Source of the DNA: Pseudomonadota bacterium
GTDB taxonomy: Bacteria > UBA10199 > 2-02-FULL-44-16 > JAAZCA01
Length of the DNA stretch: 12,206 nucleotides
Assembly: GCA_043822785.1 (NCBI GenBank)
Contig: JBDRBN010000146.1
Location: 1 to 12,206 of the forward strand
Direction of reading: 5' to 3'
The notes under the pieces: model-generated
Told to the model about the DNA's origin: nothing
The model's database searches: none
What the model saw: only the letters and a program-made list of their open reading frames with translations
Position numbers and translations under genes: made by a program
Shown here: positions 1-6,385 of the stretch, piece after piece
Position numbering within the stretch: the first letter of the stretch is position 1
How the letters are laid out: each line of letters starts with the position of its first letter

Positions 1-15
1 GCATCGATATGCCAT
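1..15 (-). CDS. 5' end of a gene running off the left edge (MAYRC...), possibly 50S ribosomal protein L28
   Basis: The minus strand reads aaaGGAGcaaggttATG GCA TAT CGA TGC: a strong SD, then M-A-Y-R-C, like the L28 start M-x-x-x-C. Only 5 codons are visible. Confidence 0.45.
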
Positions 16-38
16 AACCTTGCTCCTTTCGGAAAAAA

Positions 39-47
39 ACTATAGCA
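39..47 (-). promoter_or_regulatory. Putative extended -10 promoter (TGcTATAGT) for the left-edge gene
   Basis: TGn-TATAGT on the minus strand, just upstream of the SD. No good -35. Confidence 0.4.
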
Positions 48-121
48 TATCATTAATATATTGAAGCATTGCTTTCCACTGCCCTCTCATATTTTTTTGT
101 CAAAGAACTTTGAACCCTCCC

Positions 122-165
122 CTATTGCGACACAGTCTCTCGAGGGAGAGGGCAGGGTCAGGGGG
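122..165. repeat. REP-like half element (GGGAGAGGGCAGGGTCAGGGGG) joined to an IS/MITE-end-like motif (TATTGCGACACAGTCTC)
   Basis: 144..165 resembles the right arm of the element inside glnE (GGGAGAGGGGTAGGGGTGAGGG). 122..139 resembles an IS terminal repeat, but no partner end is seen. Confidence 0.5.
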
Positions 166-169
166 CGAA

Positions 170-661
170 TTATTTATGCCGAGTTCTATGATTTTTCATT
201 AGCGCAAAACTTTTACACATGGCTTTCTTGGCAGCTTCACGGATGTCAGGATCTGATATCTCGTTTGATGCGCAATCGATAAACTCCTTCTCATCCGTAT
301 CGAGTTCGCAACATATGGTCGCCTCTGTCTTATCAGCAATTTTAGGCATTGGTGGCAGGCTTCCGACCTCGTATCTGATGTCCTTGAGTCTGGCTTTTGG
401 AACGACACTCTGTATTTTTTCAATCATTTGCGATTTCAGAAAGCCTAGCTCCTGAATCCATGCTGGATGCTGGGCCCGTACTACCAATGTGTTTCCATAC
501 CACCTGGCTGGCCTAGCATTTGCTGCAATTTCAGCTCCTACGATATCTGCCCACAGATCCCAAAGTTTATAGCGGTACAGATTATTGCCAATTCCGAGGC
601 GATTTGTGCTATCTTTAAGTATCTCAGATATAGTTGAAAAGCCTTTTTGCCTTTTGTTCAT
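170..661 (-). CDS. DUF721 / DciA-family protein (replicative helicase loader-like)
   Basis: Motifs WADIVGAEIAANARP, LVVRAQHPAWIQEL and IEKIQ...KDIRY are typical of DUF721. The start is probably ATG 661 (MNKRQ); the ORF is open to 697. Confidence 0.8.
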   Translation of the reverse strand: MNKRQKGFSTISEILKDSTNRLGIGNNLYRYKLWDLWADIVGAEIAANARPARWYGNTLVVRAQHPAWIQELGFLKSQMIEKIQSVVPKARLKDIRYEVGSLPPMPKIADKTEATICCELDTDEKEFIDCASNEISDPDIREAAKKAMCKSFALMKNHRTRHK

Positions 662-719
662 AAAATGGTCTCTAGCAGAGAGATCCTTTGTATGCAATAT
701 TAGAAGGGTTTATTTGATG

Positions 720-748
720 TTGACAGAAGATCGCATTTTGAGGAATAT
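720..748 (+). promoter_or_regulatory. Possible sigma70 promoter for the dksA-family gene
   Basis: TTGACA at 720..725, a 17 bp spacer, and a weak -10 (GAATAT) at 743..748. Confidence 0.3.
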
Positions 749-773
749 TTCGCGTCCTCACGGGGGTGCCATT

Positions 774-1139
774 ATGAAGAAAAAGGATGTCGAGCGGTTC
801 AAAAAGCTCCTGCTGGAACGCAAGAACGCCATTATGGATATTGCTGAGGCTGCCCGTGAAGGAGGTATGGCTGTGGAACAGGCTGACCTTCCAGATGAGG
901 TGGATCTTGCTTCTAGCGAAACCGGCCAAACGCTTAATTTGCGGCTTCGAGATCGCGAGCTCGTGCTCCTAAAAAAGATAAACAAAACGCTCGAAAAGAT
1001 CGACGAAGGCGAATTTGGCGTGTGCGAACGCTGTGGCGAAGATATTGGCATTAAAAGGCTTGAGGCAAGGCCAGTAGCAGAACTCTGCATTCGCTGTAAA
1101 GAAGAGCTAGAAAAGGTTGAAAAGGGGTACGCTGAGTAA
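774..1139 (+). CDS. dksA: DksA/TraR family RNA polymerase-binding transcription factor
   Basis: DxxDxA tip motif (DEVDLA), C4 zinc finger CERC...CIRC, and RLEARP. SD GGGGGT precedes ATG 774 (MKKKDVERFK). Confidence 0.88.
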   Translation: MKKKDVERFKKLLLERKNAIMDIAEAAREGGMAVEQADLPDEVDLASSETGQTLNLRLRDRELVLLKKINKTLEKIDEGEFGVCERCGEDIGIKRLEARPVAELCIRCKEELEKVEKGYAE

Positions 1140-1150
1140 ACTCCAAACGT

Positions 1151-1522
1151 TTATTTCGTTGCCAACTTGATTGACTCTACAAAAGGAAGGCCTGCCACAC
1201 TTGGCAGGTCTTTTATATACATCCGCCCCCTTGCAATTGATCCTGATATGACCTGCACAGAAAACCCTGAGCTTATAAGAAATGATTGGTCACCCCTCTC
1301 AAAAGAGCTGCGGACCCTGACAAAACACAAGACTTTATCCTGTGTAGGAAAGTTTTGTTTGAGCGCTGAAAGCCAAAGCTCCTGAAGGCGTGGGCCCACT
1401 TTGTTCCATTCTTTGCTTTGCGAGAATTGGGCTGAGCTGGAAGTGTCGAGACTTTGTGCCAGGATCATCGGTGAGACTAGAATCACGATAAGAAGAATTG
1501 AAATTCGTAAAATATTTTTCAT
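1151..1522 (-). CDS. Small secreted hypothetical protein resembling a stand-alone subtilase propeptide-like domain
   Basis: SD GAGGTG before ATG 1522 (alternative GTG 1531 overlaps the GT4 stop). N-terminal signal peptide MKNILRISILLIVILVSPMILA. C-terminus GSIARGRMYIKDLPSVAGLPFVESI. Confidence 0.65.
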   Translation of the reverse strand: MKNILRISILLIVILVSPMILAQSLDTSSSAQFSQSKEWNKVGPRLQELWLSALKQNFPTQDKVLCFVRVRSSFERGDQSFLISSGFSVQVISGSIARGRMYIKDLPSVAGLPFVESIKLATK

Positions 1523-1527
1523 ATCGG

Positions 1528-2748
1528 TCACCTCAAAAGTTGTTCGTATATCTCAATGTGTTGTTCGGTCATAATTTCTTTTGTGAACTGGTGTTCGACC
1601 ATCTGTCTGCCAGTGCGACCAAAATCGTCGCACAGCCTGTCCTCAGCAAGAAGCCTGCATATGCGACCTGCCAGTGATTCAAAATCCTTTATTGGCACTA
1701 TAAAGCCGTTGATTCCATCTTGAATGATCTCGGGCATGCCGCCAGCGCATGTTACGATTATTGGTTTTGCCGTGGACATGGCTTCTAGCATGGTAAGGCC
1801 AAATGGCTCCATAGCGGTTGAGGGGTAGATAATAACATCCGAGGCTGCATAGAGCCCTGGCATTTGATCAAGCCTGTAGGCATCAACGAGCACGTTCTTT
1901 TCTAATCCAAAGAATTTGATGAGTCTTAAAAAATAGGCGATGTCCTTTTGTTGGACAGCTCCCCAATCGATCGTATTCTTTGTTCCTGCGAGCACCAATA
2001 TCGCCTCTGGAAACCGCCTGTGTATTATGTTGAATGCTTTGATCGAAACATCGCAGCCCTTTGCAATACCCATTCTGGCTGGATGGAAAACGACTTGCCT
2101 GCCCTTAAGTTGAGGATATTTTTTATATGTATCCTTTGTGGAAGTTCGGGGATGAAACTTTGTGTGATCTATTCCATGATGTATGACACTGCAATTTTTG
2201 GCGTTAACTCCAACCACAAGAATCTCACGCTTTATGTAATGTGATACAGCGATGATGTAATCCCAATGAATATCTTTAGTGAGATCTAAAAAGAGATTTT
2301 CTTCCCAAACATTATGGGCAGTGAGCACTAGCGGTATTCCCTTTTTAGTTGCGATGTTAGCAAGTATTTCGGCGTGTGGCTTGCTGAAGTAATGCATGTT
2401 ATGGGCATGTAGTATGTCTGGCTTCATCTCCTCCACATAGGATGTGAAGAGCCTATGAATCTCCTCGTCCAGCCCGGCCAAACCTCTCTTAAATAGCCAG
2501 TTGAGGTCCATCAGGGTATTCCTTCTTATCTTTACTTCTTCAAACTCATACTTGTCGAGATAGCCATCAGCGGATCCAGTAAGCAGAGATGCCTTATGCC
2601 CCATGTTGACAAACGTAGGAAGCATGGCCACTAGGTGTGTCTCCACACCACCTATTATTGGAGGGAAACCCCAGTGAACATGAGCAATGCGAAGTTTTTT
2701 GGATCGCATCTTCGGTGCGTCTTTCTTAATTGTTCTTTTTTTGTTCAT
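1528..2748 (-). CDS. Glycosyltransferase family 4 (GT-B, retaining)
   Basis: PPIIGGVETH, ILHAHN, PARMGIAKG and the EX7E motif EPFGLTMLEAM. SD AAGGGGA. Confidence 0.9.
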   Translation of the reverse strand: MNKKRTIKKDAPKMRSKKLRIAHVHWGFPPIIGGVETHLVAMLPTFVNMGHKASLLTGSADGYLDKYEFEEVKIRRNTLMDLNWLFKRGLAGLDEEIHRLFTSYVEEMKPDILHAHNMHYFSKPHAEILANIATKKGIPLVLTAHNVWEENLFLDLTKDIHWDYIIAVSHYIKREILVVGVNAKNCSVIHHGIDHTKFHPRTSTKDTYKKYPQLKGRQVVFHPARMGIAKGCDVSIKAFNIIHRRFPEAILVLAGTKNTIDWGAVQQKDIAYFLRLIKFFGLEKNVLVDAYRLDQMPGLYAASDVIIYPSTAMEPFGLTMLEAMSTAKPIIVTCAGGMPEIIQDGINGFIVPIKDFESLAGRICRLLAEDRLCDDFGRTGRQMVEHQFTKEIMTEQHIEIYEQLLR

Positions 2749-2797
2749 ACTGATTCCCCTTTTAGATTCTAGCCGACGACTCAGTGCTGAATGCTCA

Positions 2798-3178
2798 TCA
2801 ATAATAATGGCCGATCATCTGCTTTACGATATCCTTGCGCGCGATTATACCAACGAGTTTGTTAGCCTTTAGTACGGGAAGGAGCCTGTACTTTTCCTCA
2901 GAAAAAATCTTGGATGCCTGCGTTATAGGAGCATCATGAGGGATGGTGCGAACCTTGCGCGACATGAGTTGCTTTGCTTTAAGTGTAAGGAAAGTGGACT
3001 TTGGAACTGCGGCTATGATGTCGCGTTCAGAAATGAACCCCTTGAGCTTGCCTGATTCGCTCACCACAGGAATTCCGCTAATGTTATGTTTAGTGAGCAG
3101 TTTGCATACCGATACAACATTGTCATCTTCATCAGCTGCATATACTTTGCGAGTCATCAGTTCCTTTACTAACATCAT
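2798..3178 (-). CDS. Stand-alone CBS-pair protein
   Basis: Two CBS motifs (VKELMT...ISGIPVV...GFISERD; KQLMS...LLPVL...LVGIIARKD). SD AAGGAGGT. Confidence 0.9.
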   Translation of the reverse strand: MMLVKELMTRKVYAADEDDNVVSVCKLLTKHNISGIPVVSESGKLKGFISERDIIAAVPKSTFLTLKAKQLMSRKVRTIPHDAPITQASKIFSEEKYRLLPVLKANKLVGIIARKDIVKQMIGHYY

Positions 3179-3200
3179 AGGATTACCTCCTTTGCTTGTG

Positions 3201-5546
3201 CTAACCGCTTAAGCACTTGCGTTTTTTCTTTTTCATTGCATTTGGCACTTTGAATGTAACGAATCTGTGAATTGCAAGCTGCTTTCTTATACCATAAACA
3301 TTTGCAAAGATTTTTCCTTGTGGTGGCGCATGTTCGATCAATATATTAGTGGAGCAATGAGTTAGACACACTCTTAACTGCGCACCGTGATACCACACTG
3401 CAAATCTGAGCGCCTTCCAGTCGGGAGGCAGGCGAGGCGTGAAGGATATCTCATTCTCACGAACCCTCATACCTGCAAAGCCCAGCATCAAAGATTGCCA
3501 TGTTCCACCGGATGATGCTCCGTGCATGCCTTCGTTTGAATTGCCATGAATGTCAGATAGATCGGTAGAAGCTGCATGTGCAAAATAATGAAGCGCCTTA
3601 TCATCGTCGCCCACCTCTAAACCAACGATCGAGTGTATGGCAGGGGAAAGCGATGATTTATGCATGGTGCGCTTTTCATAATAATAATAATTCTTTTTCT
3701 TCTCCTGAAGACTGAAACGATCTGATAGCAAAAAGAACAACATGACCACATCAGCCTGTTTTAGGAGCTGGGTTTCGTCAATATTGCGATAGTCAACTCC
3801 GGAAGGGAGAAGGGGCATGAAGTGGTCATCAAGCCGGGTGATGCGTGGATCGCGCAGTTTGAAATACCCTTCGAACTGCTCAATGAGATTCTTCTTTCGA
3901 TTGTAGGGCATGTAAATCTTTGATGCTACGCGGTACCATCCTTTCACTTCCTTCTCGCCGAGTTTTAGCCTGCGCGTAATCTTTGCCAATTTCTTTGGAT
4001 ATTTACTTTTTGCCAACCTGTACCATCGACAAGCTGTTTGAAGGTTCCATTGAGCCAGAATATTTGTAAAGGCGCTGTTATCCACCTTTTCGTGAAACTC
4101 GTCAGGCCCCATGGCATCGTGGATCTCATAACGCTTTCTCTTCTTATTTAGCTTTACTCTGCTATGCCAAAACCTAGCTGTTTCCATCATCAGCTCCAGG
4201 CCATATTTCCAAAGAAACTGCAGATCTCTTGTGGCCCGCACATAGTGTTCAACTGCATATGCTATATCTGCAACTATGTGATGCTCATAATTGAGAGTGG
4301 TGATTCTGATGATAGTCCCATCATAGCCCTTGGCCCAAGATGGGGTGCATTCCTCACCAGTATCAGCTGATTCCCACGGGAATAGGGCGCCTTTATAGCC
4401 CTTTGCTGCGGCATTTGCTTTAGCAGCTCCTAGCCTGCGGTACCTGTACATGAGCTGGTTTCGGGCAATCCATGGAAAGGAATATATGAAAAAGGGCATT
4501 ATGAATAGCTCTGCATCCCAGAATACATGTCCCCTGTAGCCTTCGCCAGAAAGAGTGCGAGCGCCTACTGAGACATTATCATTTTCTTCATTTCCAGCGA
4601 TGATCAAGTGGTAGATATTAAACCTAAGAGCTTGATCAGCTGGCAAGTCTCCTTCAATCTCTACATTGGCGTTTTTCCATTTCTTCTCCCACGCCCTTGC
4701 ATGTTCTTCATATATGCGTTTTAGCCCAGCCTTATGCGCCCTCTTCAAGGCCCCGATAGTTTGCTTTTTTATTTGATGGGGCTTAACGGTTCGAGATGTA
4801 TAAAGCGTAAAAAACTTGCGAAATGTGATGGTTTCGTCTTTGCGCACGCGCAGTTTGAGCGCACGCTCAGCTACCATGCGGCAGCGTTCTTTTCTGCAGA
4901 TTTCGAGCGAGCTTGCATAGGCAAGTAGCGTTTGATTTTCAAAGGTTCTGACACACAAGTAGGAGATATCTTTGGTTGTAGATACCTCATGTGGTTGGTA
5001 ATGAATCTTGCGTCCTTCGGTGAGAACGCCTTTGTTGGATACACTTGTATCTATGGTGGTTTGTATGTTGAACGTCATGGCTGCATCAAGAGGTGTTACA
5101 TGAATTTCCATCACGCCCAGATGCTTATCATGCATGCTTATGAACCTGCGCGATTGGTAAAGGACCCGCTTTTTATGAGCAGTGCGAAATATCGTCTGTC
5201 TGTTTAGCACTCCATTGCGCATGTCGAGCACGCGTTCGTGCTTTAAAACATCCATGGCGATCATGTCCAGCTTTTCGCCATATGTGTCTATGCGAAGGTT
5301 AATGGGATTGGGGCAGTTGACGAGCTCGGTTATCTGTGCGCCTGTGCGGTCGAATAGTCCATCAATGTATGTGCCCGGAGTTGAATCGTATGGTATCTCC
5401 TCAAGCACACCCCTACAGCAGAAGTCGCCGTTGCCGAGCGTGAACTGGGTTTCTCTGGTCTTTTGTTGAGCAGCAACCCATGCAGGTTCGCGCACAAGCC
5501 AATTTTTGGGTGGATAAAATTCTTTAAACTCTTCCCAGCTGTACAT
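3201..5546 (-). CDS. Glycoside hydrolase family 65 alpha-glucoside phosphorylase (kojibiose/trehalose/maltose phosphorylase-like)
   Basis: LSGEGYRGHVFWDAE, GALFPWES, EHHIVAD, catalytic GPDEFH, KQADVV and phosphate-site HKSSLS. SD GAGGGG. Confidence 0.93.
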   Translation of the reverse strand: MYSWEEFKEFYPPKNWLVREPAWVAAQQKTRETQFTLGNGDFCCRGVLEEIPYDSTPGTYIDGLFDRTGAQITELVNCPNPINLRIDTYGEKLDMIAMDVLKHERVLDMRNGVLNRQTIFRTAHKKRVLYQSRRFISMHDKHLGVMEIHVTPLDAAMTFNIQTTIDTSVSNKGVLTEGRKIHYQPHEVSTTKDISYLCVRTFENQTLLAYASSLEICRKERCRMVAERALKLRVRKDETITFRKFFTLYTSRTVKPHQIKKQTIGALKRAHKAGLKRIYEEHARAWEKKWKNANVEIEGDLPADQALRFNIYHLIIAGNEENDNVSVGARTLSGEGYRGHVFWDAELFIMPFFIYSFPWIARNQLMYRYRRLGAAKANAAAKGYKGALFPWESADTGEECTPSWAKGYDGTIIRITTLNYEHHIVADIAYAVEHYVRATRDLQFLWKYGLELMMETARFWHSRVKLNKKRKRYEIHDAMGPDEFHEKVDNSAFTNILAQWNLQTACRWYRLAKSKYPKKLAKITRRLKLGEKEVKGWYRVASKIYMPYNRKKNLIEQFEGYFKLRDPRITRLDDHFMPLLPSGVDYRNIDETQLLKQADVVMLFFLLSDRFSLQEKKKNYYYYEKRTMHKSSLSPAIHSIVGLEVGDDDKALHYFAHAASTDLSDIHGNSNEGMHGASSGGTWQSLMLGFAGMRVRENEISFTPRLPPDWKALRFAVWYHGAQLRVCLTHCSTNILIEHAPPQGKIFANVYGIRKQLAIHRFVTFKVPNAMKKKKRKCLSG

Positions 5547-5606
5547 TATTGGCTATCCCCTCTTGTGCCTGCCATAACCCTTAACTTGTAAAAGGGTGGC
5601 GGCGAG

Positions 5607-6257
5607 CTATTCAAACATTTTCTTAAGCATCGAGACCGTCACTTCGCCGGCATCCTTCACTATAATGTCGGCTTTAGCCAGGCGTTTTGGATTATCATAA
5701 CGATCAATACCCACACACTTCATTTCGCCTCTCTTTGCCGCTTCTACGCCCAGCACCGCATCCTCAAAGACCACGCAGCAGTGGGGCGTTGCTCCTAACC
5801 TATCGGCTGCCATGAGAAAAATTTGCGGGTCAGGCTTTCCTTTTGTGATGTCTTTGCCGGAGATTACTGTATCGAGTCGATCGAAAATGCCTATCCTCTG
5901 TAGGATGAGCGGGCAGTTCTTGGACGAGGAGATGACTGCCACCTTTATGCCTGATTTTTGAAGTTGGTTGATGAGGTTTATGGTGGTGTCGTAGCGAGGA
6001 ATTACTTCGCCGTCCAAAAACTCTCTAAAATATCCTTGCTTCTTATCAGCTGCTTCTCTGAGCTCGTCTTCAGGTAGCTCAGTGAGAATGGCGCGCGCTC
6101 CGTCGTAGCGGGGTATGCCATCTACCTTTTGTTTGTAATCTTCAAAGCTAAATTCATGACCGTATTCATTAAACATCCGTTTCCAAGCCTTGAAATGAAT
6201 TGGCACGGTATCGACAACCACTCCATCCAGGTCAAATATTGCGGCTTCAAGTGGCAT
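5607..6257 (-). CDS. pgmB: Beta-phosphoglucomutase (HAD superfamily)
   Basis: FDLDGVVVDT, HFKAWK, SSSKN, KGKPDPQIFL, FEDA. Adjacent to a GH65 that yields beta-G1P. SD GAGGGGG before ATG 6257. Confidence 0.88.
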   Translation of the reverse strand: MPLEAAIFDLDGVVVDTVPIHFKAWKRMFNEYGHEFSFEDYKQKVDGIPRYDGARAILTELPEDELREAADKKQGYFREFLDGEVIPRYDTTINLINQLQKSGIKVAVISSSKNCPLILQRIGIFDRLDTVISGKDITKGKPDPQIFLMAADRLGATPHCCVVFEDAVLGVEAAKRGEMKCVGIDRYDNPKRLAKADIIVKDAGEVTVSMLKKMFE

Positions 6258-6273
6258 ATGGCTCCCCCTCATA

Positions 6274-6332
6274 GAGATCCTTCGCGGAGTTTACCCTGAG
6301 CGAGCGCTAGTGAGTCGAAGGGCTCAGGATGA
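6274..6332. repeat. REP-like element (GAGATCCTTCG...CTCAGGATGA) with nested CCCTGAGC...GAGTCGAAGGG module
   Basis: The inner module (6294..6322) has the same ends as 8649..8668 inside glnE. Confidence 0.65.
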
Positions 6333-6356
6333 AGGGTCGGGGGACCCGACCCTTCA
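6330..6356. repeat. Perfect 12-bp hairpin between glnE and pgmB
   Basis: TGAAGGGTCGGG-gga-CCCGACCCTTCA. There is no U-tract on the minus strand, so it looks REP-like rather than a classic terminator. Confidence 0.75.
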
Positions 6357-6385
6357 ACTATTTGTAATGAAAGAGGTTTCTTAAG

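Noticed and set aside
61..282. 73-aa plus-strand ORF
   Set aside because: It is a translation of the repeat/IS-end region (IATQSLEGEGRVRG) and runs antisense into the DUF721 gene.
585..773. N-terminal extension of dksA in the ORF track
   Set aside because: It overlaps the divergent DUF721 gene. The SD and typical DksA length support ATG 774.
6330..6356. Rho-independent terminator for glnE
   Set aside because: The stem is strong, but no U-tract follows on the minus strand. Kept as a REP-like hairpin.
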